Shown: positions 40,752-51,623 of the stretch, piece by piece
How positions within the stretch are numbered: the stretch's first letter is position 1
Layout: every line of letters starts with the position of its first letter
Source: an uncultured Chloroflexia bacterium
GTDB taxonomy: Bacteria > Chloroflexota > Anaerolineae > CG2-30-64-16
Assembly: GCA_963774265.1 (NCBI GenBank)
Contig: CAVZDU010000007.1
Location: 504,683-568,682 of the forward strand
Direction of reading: 5' to 3'
Length of the DNA stretch: 64,000 bases
Made by a program: the position numbers and the translations under genes
The notes under the pieces: model-generated
Databases searched by the model: none
What the model saw: only the letters and a program-made list of their open reading frames with translations
What the model was told of the DNA's origin: nothing

Positions 40752-41283
40752 ATGATGGCATCCATTTGTGGCTGAGATCAGGATCGTGCCCGTCAACTTT
40801 GCACCGAAAGGTTGGGCCTTCTGCAACGGGCAGCTCCTGCCCATCAGCCAGAACACGGCGCTGTTCTCGCTGCTCGGCACCATTTATGGCGGAGACGGAC
40901 GATCAACCTTCGCACTCCCCAACCTGCAGGGCTCTGCGCCGCTCCAGGCTGGGCAGGGTCCCGGTCTGTCGCTTCGCGATCTGGGCCAGCGCGGCGGTTC
41001 AACGACCGTCACCCTGGCACAGGCCGAGATGCCTGCGCACTCGCACACCGCCTTGGCCAATGCTGTGGGGACACCGGTCGCCACACCAGGGAACAACACG
41101 TGGGCGCCGCCCGGCGCGGGCCGAGGTCTCGCCATCTACGACCCGGCCGCAGGTAGCGGCCCGGCGATGAACAGCGCGGCGCTCGCCCCCGCGGGAGGCA
41201 GCCAGCCGCACAACAACATGCCGCCCTATCTCACACTGAACTTCATCATCGCGCTGCAGGGCGTATTTCCTCCGCGGCTCTAG
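40752..41283 (+). CDS. Phage tail-collar domain protein 3; frameshift near the start
   Basis: FVAEIRIVPVNFAPKGWAFCNGQLLPISQNTALFSLLGTIYGGDG..EMPAHSH..GGSQPHNNMPPYLTLNFIIALQGVFP. Confidence 0.9.
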
Positions 41284-41304
41284 GGCCGGCAAGGAGCAGA
41301 TCGC

Positions 41305-43011
41305 ATGACCAAGCTGCCTATCTCGACTGTCACGGCAGGCGCCGACCAGCGCTTCCGACCGGTAGCACGTCCCGGTCCGGCTCCCCGCGCATGGCTCCTC
41401 GTGGTGGCTCGGGCGGTCCTCGTGGTGCTGGCGCTGATGGGAGGGACGGCCCCCGCGGCCCTCGCAGCAGGACCCTTCACGGTGAACATCACCGGGGACA
41501 CGCAGGACGACAACCCGGCAGATGGGAACTGCCTGGACGTCGGCGCTTTCTGCAGCCTGCGGGCGGCAGTCGAGCAGGCCACCGCGTCGGGCGGGACGAC
41601 TAGTATCAACCTCCCGCCGGGCACGTATGCATTGACTCTCGGCGAGCTGAAGGTGGGCAGCATCAGCAACACGAACATCACCTTGACCGGGACCGGCGCC
41701 CCGGCCGGCACGGTCATCAACCAAACGGACGGAATCAGCCGCATTTTTGACGTCGACTATCAGTTCCACGGCAATGTCACCTTCAGTATCCAGAACGTTA
41801 CCTTGCAGAACGGTGTGGGCGGCGCAGGCGGCGGAGGTGGCGCCATCCTGGGGGGCGGCATAGGCGATGCCCTGAACGTGACGAACGTGGTCTTCCTCAA
41901 CAACCGGACCAGCAGCTTCAACGGCGGCGCCATCTCCTTCACGGGTGGCGGAACGCTTAACGTGCAGAACAGCACGTTCACCAGTAACCAGTCGCCCACG
42001 GGCAACGGCGGTGCGATTCACTTCGTCCAGACGCAGGCCGGCAGTTTCCAGGTCGGCCACTCCACCTTCACCGGCAACTCTGCGACCGGCGGCGGCATCG
42101 GCGGCCAGGGTGGGGCGATCAACGCCGGCTGCAACCTGTGCAGCCCGTTCAGCATCTCCAACACATCGTTTGCAAACAACACCGCCGTGCAAGTCGGCTC
42201 ATCGGGCGGGCAGGGCGGCGCAATCATGCTCGGGTCGGGCGCCCTGAATCTCCAATACAACCGGATCGTGGGCAATACAGCCCCCGGCGGCGGGACCGGC
42301 ATTTATGGCGGCGGCGGCACGGTCGCGGCGGCCACCAACTGGTGGGGCTGCAACGGTGGCCCGGGCGCCGCAGGCTGTGATACGGCCGTCGCCGGGGCCT
42401 CGGCCATTGGCACGGTCCCGTGGATCGTGCTCACAAACACGGCGAACCCCAGTCCAATCTTCATCAATCAGAGCACCACTCTGACGGCCGGTTTTTCGCT
42501 TGACTCCAACGGCGGGGCGCTCACGGCCGGCCAGGTGGAGCAGTTGATCGGCCTGCCGGTGACCTGGGGCAGCGCGGTCAAGGGCGTGCTTTCCAGTCCG
42601 CAGACTACCATCCAGGCGACGGGAACCGCGACCGCCCTATTCAGCGCCAACTCGCCGGGCGCGGGCAGCGCGGGCGCCACCGTAGACAATGGCACAGCGA
42701 CTGCGAGCATCAACATCAGTGACTGTACCCTGATCTCACCGCAGGTGGGGATTTCCCGGAGCGGAACGGGCATCGAGCTGAGCTGGACGGATCAGCACGA
42801 TGTCTATCAGGTGTATGAGAGCGGAAGCAACCCCTACCTGACGCCTGCCACCGGTGCGCTCATCGGCACCGGCCAGGGCAGCTTCGTGCACACGGGCGCT
42901 TTGGCGCCGCCGTACGCCAATCACTTCTACGAGGTCAAAGCCATCTGCAACGGCGAGGCCATGTCGAACCGTGCCGGGGCCTTCCACTTCGGGCTCACGC
43001 CAGGGCAGTGA
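41305..43011 (+). CDS. Secreted CSLREA-domain beta-helix surface protein with Ig-like and C-terminal FN3-like domains
   Basis: Signal peptide; FTVN.T.D..D....DG.C....CSLRAAV (CSLREA); repeated F..N...GGAI motifs; NWWGCN; ends SNRAGAFHFGLTPGQ. Confidence 0.85.
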   Translation: MTKLPISTVTAGADQRFRPVARPGPAPRAWLLVVARAVLVVLALMGGTAPAALAAGPFTVNITGDTQDDNPADGNCLDVGAFCSLRAAVEQATASGGTTSINLPPGTYALTLGELKVGSISNTNITLTGTGAPAGTVINQTDGISRIFDVDYQFHGNVTFSIQNVTLQNGVGGAGGGGGAILGGGIGDALNVTNVVFLNNRTSSFNGGAISFTGGGTLNVQNSTFTSNQSPTGNGGAIHFVQTQAGSFQVGHSTFTGNSATGGGIGGQGGAINAGCNLCSPFSISNTSFANNTAVQVGSSGGQGGAIMLGSGALNLQYNRIVGNTAPGGGTGIYGGGGTVAAATNWWGCNGGPGAAGCDTAVAGASAIGTVPWIVLTNTANPSPIFINQSTTLTAGFSLDSNGGALTAGQVEQLIGLPVTWGSAVKGVLSSPQTTIQATGTATALFSANSPGAGSAGATVDNGTATASINISDCTLISPQVGISRSGTGIELSWTDQHDVYQVYESGSNPYLTPATGALIGTGQGSFVHTGALAPPYANHFYEVKAICNGEAMSNRAGAFHFGLTPGQ

Positions 43012-43252
43012 TGTCGCGAAACCAGGTTGGCCGCGAACCGGATGCGATAGCTCTGACGCAAGACGACCTGCGACTTGCGCGCCTTTGTGCCTCATAATAC
43101 AATCAATGTGCAAGTCGCGGGAGAATGATTAGCTAGGCCAGCAAATGCGTCTATGTGGCTCGACCCACGTGACACAAAACTTCTCACCGCCAAAACCGAT
43201 GTCACCACAGCGTCGCGAACTGTGGTATGATGCAAGCAGGATGTGACAAGCC

Positions 43253-43378
43253 ATGCGTAGCGATCTTCTCCGCCGCATCAAACGCGCCGTCTTGGTGGGC
43301 AATTACGCCTTCAGCGAAAAAGCGTTGCTCGAAATGGAAGCCGACTCTGAACATTACACACTGCCCGACCTGTGGTAG
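43253..43378 (+). pseudogene. Truncated DUF4258-like (BrnT/RelE-like) toxin N-terminus
   Basis: MRSDLLRRIKRAVLVGNYAFSEKALLEM breaks off after about 31 codons directly into the zinc-finger gene. Confidence 0.5.
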
Positions 43379-43613
43379 CGATCAAATAAAGAAAGTCTGC
43401 CGTGACTGGACAGGCTTCGCCAAAGGACAAACCTACGTCGTGCCTGCGCTGACGTTCTACGAATGCCCAGTGTGCGGGGAACACGTCTTCGAGCGGGAGG
43501 CGTTGCTGAGAATTCAAGCCTCTTCGCCAGCGTTCGTCCAGCAGCCCCGGCAGTTGCCAAAAGGTCACACTGCGCCAAAGGCCGGCCGTCGTCCCAACGC
43601 CGCGTCTGCCTGA
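43347..43613 (+). CDS. YgiT/MqsA-type zinc-finger protein (antitoxin-like); native start apparently lost
   Basis: CPTCG..KKV..GQTYVVPALTFYECPVCGEHVF..ALLRI. Confidence 0.7.
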   Translation: MNITHCPTCGSDQIKKVCRDWTGFAKGQTYVVPALTFYECPVCGEHVFEREALLRIQASSPAFVQQPRQLPKGHTAPKAGRRPNAASA

Positions 43614-43685
43614 CGCGCATCCATGGTCACATTGTGGGTCAAGCGGCAGGCTGGTCGTCGCGGGGCGTCGGCGGCCAAAGGCGGT

Positions 43686-43811
43686 GCCTAACATCGCCGT
43701 GCACCTGACGCCCTGGGCGGCGCGATCAACGACGTTGGCTCTTATTGCGGGGTTGTGCGAGTCACTGTGTTGGCTTGAATTGACGGGCGCAGGTGAAGCC
43801 TTCCGTCAGGA
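43686..43811 (+). other. Integron attC site with degenerate R'
   Basis: R'' GCCTAAC; L'' CACCTG(A)CGCCC pairs with L' GGGCGCAGGTG leaving one extrahelical base; R' GTCAGGA; 126 bp. Confidence 0.65.
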
Positions 43812-44048
43812 CCGCTCGGTTAACACGCTATCCAGCGCGCCTCGCTGCTAATACCTTTCCTTTTGGTTGGAGCAAGAGCTGCTTCCCATCACCCCCAAAT
43901 CGCGTCATAGTAAATGGGTAACTGGTGCAATTGTGTAGGCATCAAGGGGCAGAGGTACGTCACGCGCGTGGCGCAGGTGGCGGCCGCCAATGAGCGCGAA
44001 TGGGCTGAGACGTAGCCTACTATCCAGACTTTACTGTGGCGGAGCTAA

Positions 44049-45071
<1,023 letters not shown>

Positions 45072-45096
45072 GAGAAAAGAATGCCCAAGATTCTGA

Positions 45097-45969
<873 letters not shown>

Positions 45970-46014
45970 TGCGTGTTTCATCAGTTGAAATCGCTGCAAC
46001 AGGGTCAGCAGGGT

Positions 46015-46111
46015 GAGGCCACGAAGATCACGCATTTGGAAGATGCCATGGGCGCCCTGTCCGTCAAGCTGACCCCGGCAGAGGTCGCATATTGTGAAGG
46101 GCTGGCGTTAA
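46015..46111 (+). pseudogene. C-terminal fragment of a third aldo/keto reductase
   Basis: ATKITHLEDAMGALSVKLTPAEVAYCE resembles AKR C-termini. Confidence 0.5.
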
Positions 46112-46124
46112 TGTGATTTGCGAC

Positions 46125-46946
46125 CTATTGGCTGTCGGCTTTGAGGTACGAGAGAACCAGTTGGCGCCGGGAGAAGTGCCCCAACGTGATCAACTCGATG
46201 AGCATGGGGCCACCGAGTAAAGCATGGACGATCTGATCTACGCTGCGACCTTGCCGGCGCAGCGCCAACACCCGCTCGCCCAACCCCTCCAGGTGTCCGA
46301 TCTTGGCGGCGATCGCGTCGGCGGGGTTGTCGCGCGCGCGCGCGCTGCCGGGGAAGAGGCGTTTCGCAGGCAAAGGCGCGATCCGCTTGAGTGAGGCGAT
46401 GATCGCCCAGATGTCGTATCCCTCGCGCAGCGCGCGGTCTCGCCCACCCACGAACAGGTCGCCGGTGAAGAGCCAGCCTTGCTCCGGCTCGTACAGGCAG
46501 ATATGGTCGAGGCTGTGGCCGGGGGTGTAGACCACCTTGAAGCGGTAGCGGCCGGTCTCGATCACCTCACCATCGGACACCGCCTGACCCAGCGAAGGCT
46601 CCGGCCAGCCCCACAGCAGCCGTCGGTATGGGTGCAGCGGCTTACGGTCGCGCGTCTCGGCCAGGACCGGTAGGGCCAGGGGATGGGCACGGATCGGGAG
46701 GCCGGCGCGCTCGCGCTGCAGCCGGCCATTCGCCCCAATATGATCCTCGTGGGAGTGGGTGTTCACGATGCCGGCCAACGGTTTGCCAGCCAGCGATTTC
46801 ACCAGTTCCGCCGCGCTGAACGCGCAGCCGGAGTCTACCAGAAGACCGTCCACAAGGTAGGCCGTGGTCGAGTAGCGGCCTTTTCCGGCCAGGGTCCGGG
46901 CCAGATCCAGGCGTGTCACGTCGCCATAGGTAGTGGCTTTGAGCAA
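46125..46946 (-). CDS. Metallo-beta-lactamase fold hydrolase
   Basis: LVDSG, THSHEDHIG, TPGHSLDH, LFTGD. Confidence 0.9.
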   Translation of the reverse strand: MLKATTYGDVTRLDLARTLAGKGRYSTTAYLVDGLLVDSGCAFSAAELVKSLAGKPLAGIVNTHSHEDHIGANGRLQRERAGLPIRAHPLALPVLAETRDRKPLHPYRRLLWGWPEPSLGQAVSDGEVIETGRYRFKVVYTPGHSLDHICLYEPEQGWLFTGDLFVGGRDRALREGYDIWAIIASLKRIAPLPAKRLFPGSARARDNPADAIAAKIGHLEGLGERVLALRRQGRSVDQIVHALLGGPMLIELITLGHFSRRQLVLSYLKADSQ

Positions 46947-46994
46947 GCGTTTCCCCTAACTGAGTAAGGAGCGTTCACTGCATCACTATCAGGC

Positions 46995-48680
46995 TCAGGG
47001 ATTTACATAAAGCTGAACCTGCCCCCCATAGAAGTCGCGCTTCCGGGTTAATTCCATCTGCGATGCGAGCGTTTGCGGGACTAATCCCTTTGGATCGGAA
47101 TAGGAGTCATGGCTGTAAACCAGCCAGACCCGGTTGTGCCCGCTCAACGATGAAATCAACCTGGGTATATCGTCAGTCGTCATCTTGGGTTCCAGGATAC
47201 CAGTATCGAACAGATCTTGAGGAACTCCATGTTTCACTACCGAGACTAGATACTGTTCTTCATAGGCCTCAAAATAATAGTCGAACGGAATTTCCACGAA
47301 GTTGGAGTTGAAAAGGACCAAATCATCTTTTTCAGCGAAATTTGCGACATAACCGGCAGCGGTGCTCCAATCCTCTTTTTGATAGAACCTGTAATAGTCG
47401 CCGGCAGAAAACAGGTTGATGGCGCCGAAACTTCCCAGCACCACGATAATCAGAAAGCGAAATCTAAATTGAGCGACACCCGCCGCCAGTACCAGGAACA
47501 AGGGAATCGTTGTCCAGATCAGAGTTCGATCAAAAAAGATAGGCCGGCGGATGCTCACGATCAGCTCACCCAGGAAGGGGACGGCGAACAGGGCGCCCAG
47601 AAATAAGAATTGCGAGATTTTCTTCCGGTAATGCACCAGTCCTAAACAAAGCACCAGCACGTACAGGATCCAGATCACCCTGGCCTGGCTGGCTGGAATC
47701 GGCGCAGATGCATTCAAAAAGGATTTTAGCACCTGGACAACAGCGTCCCAAGTTGGTTCAGGAATCCAAAATCTCTGATAGACTGCGCTGGCTTGCTTGA
47801 TGAAGGGTAATATCCATGGCCCCCACAGTAAGAATATGCCAATCTGAGCTTTCGCCCAGTTTCCAAAAGAGGGAGCCCGGAAGGCAGGTTGAGCCCCTGA
47901 TTTCTTTATCCTTTGAAAAAGCAGCAGACCAAGAACGAAGATACTGGTGGCCAAAGGGAAGAGGACGGCCGTATTATGGGTGAGCATGGTCGCAGCCGAG
48001 AATACGATAAACGCAACCCAGGCCAGGTCAGTCTCAACGGTCCGGATGGGTGACCAACGATGGCGGGCAATCCAGGCCTTCCATCCGGTTTGATTGCGGG
48101 TATGATCCCCATAGCTGAAATCTTTCGCAATATCCGGTTCAACCGGCCCAGATGTACGCCAGGCATGCAGATATTCCCGAAATTGGCTGCCGATGGGCCT
48201 GACGGAGCGTGAATCCGTAAGTAGTCTGACCAGGGCGTAAATCGCTACGGCCGCATTGAACGTCAGGAGGGTGTACATGCGCGTTTCCTGGGCAAAGTAG
48301 ATGTGGAAAGGCGAAAGAGCCAGGATCACGGCTGCCGCAAATCCCATCATCGCACCAGACATGCGTTTGCCGATCAGGTAGATGATCGGGATTGTGCCTG
48401 CGCCGAATAGACCAGAAAGCAGACGGACATCATAGGGTGTATCCCCGTTCAGTGCTATCCAGTAGTGGAGCAGAAAATAATAGAGAGGTGGGTGTTGGTC
48501 AATTCTGACAATCCAATGCAGCATATCGACAACACTGTGGTTGGCCAGCCATACGCTGAACGTTTCGTCCAACCACATCCCTTTACTATCGAGTAGAATA
48601 ACGCGCAGCCCACCACCCATCAATGTGATGACCACCACCAACCAGGGCGCCACCTCTTCAAACTCGATATCTTCTTTCAT
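46995..48680 (-). CDS. GT-C fold glycosyltransferase (PMT/GT39-like); visibly lower GC than flanks
   Basis: WLDETFS, DQHPPLYY..LH.W, RLLS, SPFHIYFAQETRMY; many TM segments. Confidence 0.85.
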   Translation of the reverse strand: MKEDIEFEEVAPWLVVVITLMGGGLRVILLDSKGMWLDETFSVWLANHSVVDMLHWIVRIDQHPPLYYFLLHYWIALNGDTPYDVRLLSGLFGAGTIPIIYLIGKRMSGAMMGFAAAVILALSPFHIYFAQETRMYTLLTFNAAVAIYALVRLLTDSRSVRPIGSQFREYLHAWRTSGPVEPDIAKDFSYGDHTRNQTGWKAWIARHRWSPIRTVETDLAWVAFIVFSAATMLTHNTAVLFPLATSIFVLGLLLFQRIKKSGAQPAFRAPSFGNWAKAQIGIFLLWGPWILPFIKQASAVYQRFWIPEPTWDAVVQVLKSFLNASAPIPASQARVIWILYVLVLCLGLVHYRKKISQFLFLGALFAVPFLGELIVSIRRPIFFDRTLIWTTIPLFLVLAAGVAQFRFRFLIIVVLGSFGAINLFSAGDYYRFYQKEDWSTAAGYVANFAEKDDLVLFNSNFVEIPFDYYFEAYEEQYLVSVVKHGVPQDLFDTGILEPKMTTDDIPRLISSLSGHNRVWLVYSHDSYSDPKGLVPQTLASQMELTRKRDFYGGQVQLYVNP

Positions 48681-48724
48681 TGCCTCTGGGAATCCTGTGC
48701 TTTACAGATTGATGACCTACATCG

Positions 48725-49744
48725 TCATGATGGTATACGTTTTCCTCCACTCTGGGTTCCGCTGATAAGGATAGCAGGACTCTCCTGAGCCGGACGCCGC
48801 CACATTCGACCGCCGGCAACGACCAACAGGGCGACCACAGCATCCAGAACCAAGGATGCGTTTGTTACGGGTACAAACTGACTCGCGACATTCGCTGATG
48901 TATGAAGGAGGATCGCGGTCCAAAGTCCTCCCGACGAACGGATGAACAGGTACGTGAAGAGGAAGCGGCTGAAGAAGCTCCCCACCAGAACGTGTATGCT
49001 TAAGTTGAAGTACCCGGACAGATGCAGTGGAACATGCCAGAGAATCCACAGAGCCCAGACGACGATGGTTGCAATGAGGGGACTGAACCTGGCTTGTAAC
49101 CTGGGAAGGGCGAAGCCTGTCCAGCCGGTCTCCTCGTTCAATCCTCCCGCGTAGAGCAGTGTGTACAAAAAGGCGAGTGTAACGGACCCTGCCAGATCCA
49201 GAGGGTCCGCTGGAACCCGGGGGTTGGTCAGGAATTGCCAGCCGACTTGTTTGTAGACCCACACGCCGCCCAGGCGGGAAGTCAACGGCCAAACTACGGC
49301 CAGGATGTACCACCCCCACCAACCTCTCGGCCGGACCAGGGACGAGAGTGCGCTCCGGATGCCGGAGGGGCCTGACACCGCCGACCCGATGACGATGGCC
49401 GGGATGAGGGCGAGCCCAGCGAAGATCACCAGGAGGGCTGGTGAGGCGCCTGCTGATGTTGCAGGACTGTTCGCTGCAAGAACGAGACCGGAGACGATCC
49501 ACGATGTGATGAAAGGGACCCAGAACGGAAACGGCCGGCCATTCTTGACGGGTGTGGAATCTGTGCGAGCTACAAGGAGACACGCCAGAGCAGGTCCGCC
49601 AATAACGCCGACAGCTACCATCAATTCGGCAGGCTGTGCGCGGGTCAAAATGGCGGGCAACCAGAGAGTCCACGAGATGGCGTAGCAGATGATGTAGAAG
49701 GCTACAACTGGCTTCCTGCGGATCCATACGGCAATGAGGTTCAT
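48725..49744 (-). CDS. CPBP (CAAX/Abi) family intramembrane metalloprotease
   Basis: GGLNEETGWTGFALPRL, WILWHVP, AILLHTSAN. Confidence 0.85.
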   Translation of the reverse strand: MNLIAVWIRRKPVVAFYIICYAISWTLWLPAILTRAQPAELMVAVGVIGGPALACLLVARTDSTPVKNGRPFPFWVPFITSWIVSGLVLAANSPATSAGASPALLVIFAGLALIPAIVIGSAVSGPSGIRSALSSLVRPRGWWGWYILAVVWPLTSRLGGVWVYKQVGWQFLTNPRVPADPLDLAGSVTLAFLYTLLYAGGLNEETGWTGFALPRLQARFSPLIATIVVWALWILWHVPLHLSGYFNLSIHVLVGSFFSRFLFTYLFIRSSGGLWTAILLHTSANVASQFVPVTNASLVLDAVVALLVVAGGRMWRRPAQESPAILISGTQSGGKRIPS

Positions 49745-49838
49745 GGGATCACCTCCTTGCGGCCTGGCTGCTCAACTAGATTATAATCTGTTCGATCTCG
49801 TTCAGCGTGCATATCATCTGGTCGCCCAGCGATCGGTG

Positions 49839-50228
49839 TCACACAATCAGCGCCGCCAGAACCAGCAGCAGCACAATCACCACCGTCAGCAGCACGCGCA
49901 CCACGAGGGACCAGCGCCGCGCGCGCCACGCCTGTCCCATGCCCACCCCGGCGACGGCCGCCAGAACGAAGATGGCATAGGGCAGCCATACCAGCACCTG
50001 CGCTTCTCGGGGCATGGCGGGCTTATAGACGGGCAGGTGACCGAAGACCAGCGCGGGGAACTGTGACCAGACCCTCGCGGGCGGGGGCAGGATGCCGCCC
50101 CTAATCTGAACGGCCAGCACCGCGGTGCCCAGCAGCAAGAGCATGCCCAGCAGCACAAGGCGCAACACCCGAAGCAGACAGGAGAATTTCACCGCTGCCT
50201 CCTTGGCGACAACAGCCGGGTCTTGCAT
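49839..50228 (-). CDS. Small hypothetical membrane protein with about 3 TM helices; start uncertain
   Basis: Three hydrophobic segments in the C-terminal part of ORF 49839..50456. Confidence 0.5.
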   Translation of the reverse strand: MQDPAVVAKEAAVKFSCLLRVLRLVLLGMLLLLGTAVLAVQIRGGILPPPARVWSQFPALVFGHLPVYKPAMPREAQVLVWLPYAIFVLAAVAGVGMGQAWRARRWSLVVRVLLTVVIVLLLVLAALIV

Positions 50229-50654
50229 TGCCCGCCCAGCTGAGAATACCGCCCGTTGTGCGTGGAGAGCGCTGAACCACCCGGTTACCACAATACTGCC
50301 AGAACTCGCCGGCGGCGTCGGCCCACCGGGGAGTTCTGGGATTGGACAGGGGGCAGGCTCTCTCATCCAGGCTGATCGCGTCGCTGGGGCGGTCATAGGG
50401 CTTGGCCGTGGCCGGCTACGCACCGAAGGCCCTCTTGAGAGGGGGGTTCGCGCCACCCGCCCCCGCGGGCCGGTGGGGGGCCAGCCTGCTCCGCGTGCCC
50501 GCCGATCAGCTTCCCCTGTAGGTCGCCAAGAGACCCTTGGAGGAAGAGAAGCGCTCTGCTTCCCCTAAAGGCGTATTGAACTAAGCGCTCCGCGCAGGGG
50601 CTGCGGTAGCCTGCGCAACGCTTCTGTGAGGGCACAGGTGTGGGTCACCTGATT

Positions 50655-50779
50655 GCCCAACGGCCTCGAGCTAAGCTGCCCGGCGGAAGCAGGCGGACTC
50701 TCTCCGACTCTGCGCCAAGCTGGCAGGCGATTCAAGACACGGCCCTGCCCGCCGGGTCAGCTTCAGCGACTTGTTGGGC
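50655..50779 (-). other. Integron attC site
   Basis: Minus strand GCCCAAC-AAGTC-GCTGAAGCTGACCCGGCGG...CCGCCGGGCAGCTTAGC-TCGAGGCC-GTTGGGC; 125 bp with complementary R boxes and extrahelical bases. Confidence 0.85.
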
Positions 50780-50831
50780 TGCCAACGAACAGCCAACTGC
50801 TTCAGCAATGAGGCGATGAGAGCGTGGGGAC

Positions 50832-51005
50832 CTATGCGCCTCGCCTGGCAAACCATCGACCGGCCGTCACACCGGAACCAAACCCTAGGACAAAGAAGGC
50901 GATCTTGGCCGCCAACGAGACGTCTGCCCACAACACGAGCGAGAAGGCAGCCGCAAGAACAAGGAACAGGATCGACAGACCAATCAGAATATTGTTTGAC
51001 TTCAT
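50832..51005 (-). CDS. 57-aa two-TM protein carried in an integron gene cassette
   Basis: Manual translation MKSNNILIGLSILFLVLAAAFSLVLWADVSLAAKIAFFVLGFGSGVTAGRWFARRGA*; GGGAGA RBS; lies between GTTGGGC (51062-56) and the attC. Too short for the ORF track. Confidence 0.7.
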   Translation of the reverse strand: MKSNNILIGLSILFLVLAAAFSLVLWADVSLAAKIAFFVLGFGSGVTAGRWFARRGA

Positions 51006-51155
51006 CGTAGGATCTCCCTGTGAGACTGCGGCCAGGCGAGATGTCTGACCGGGCAGCCCAACTACTCATTATCCCGCGACTTGCAGCATATGTCGGCCTG
51101 GAGGCACTGTTTACAGCGAATCGCTGCTACAGGGCCTCCGGAGCTGATTCCTAGA

Positions 51156-51610
51156 TCAGGATGCCAGGATACGCTCGATTTCATCCAGGCTAATGGCGTC
51201 GTTGGTGCGGTCATACAGCTTGGTCGTGCGCGGCGATTCGTGCCCCGCACGAAGTGCGGCGCGATCTGCTGCGCACGCTCAATCGTACCACCGTTCTGCA
51301 GGTAGGTAGTAATGCCGGTAGCCCGGAAAGTGTGACAGCAGGTCGTGCCCGGCAGTCCAGCTTGCCGGGCGCGGCGCTTGATCACGCCACACCTGCTCCC
51401 ACCCGTGGTGGGTGCAGGTGTGGTTAGCACCTCTAGCCCGTGCAGCCGCCGCTCCGTCAGATGGCGTTCACGATCCAGGCTGCGAAAGAGCGGGCCTTCG
51501 CGATCTTGAGAGATCTGGGCCGCTGCCAGATATGCGTCCACATAAGCCTCGGTGTTGTGATGCGCTGGCACCTCATGCCGTTTGCCTTCCCCTGCGCCAC
51601 CGTCGTGTGG
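51156..51610 (-). pseudogene. Tyrosine recombinase C-terminal fragment
   Basis: GKRHEVPAHH..PLFRS..IKRRA..CHTFRATGITTYLQNGG..AQQIA..HESPRTTKLYDR..ISLDEIERI. Confidence 0.85.
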
Positions 51611-51623
51611 CGGGCAGCTCAAT

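Noticed and set aside
39699-41283. Prophage or tailocin suggested by tail-collar genes
   Set aside because: No capsid, terminase, sheath, tube, baseplate or lysis genes in the window; flanking genes are cellular.
46125-46946. MBL-fold genes (also 55183-55923) as beta-lactamases
   Set aside because: No signal peptides and only generic HxHxDH motifs; nothing supports a resistance function.
50410-50530. Possible c-di-AMP (ydaO) riboswitch-like sequence
   Set aside because: Only loose resemblance, wrong orientation for any downstream gene, and not upstream of kimA; an Rfam scan would be needed.
51156-51610. Integron integrase next to the attC cassette
   Set aside because: Motifs (HTFRATGIT, HESPRTTKLYDR) belong to another tyrosine recombinase family; the IntI-type HSFATHLL motif and insertion are not seen.
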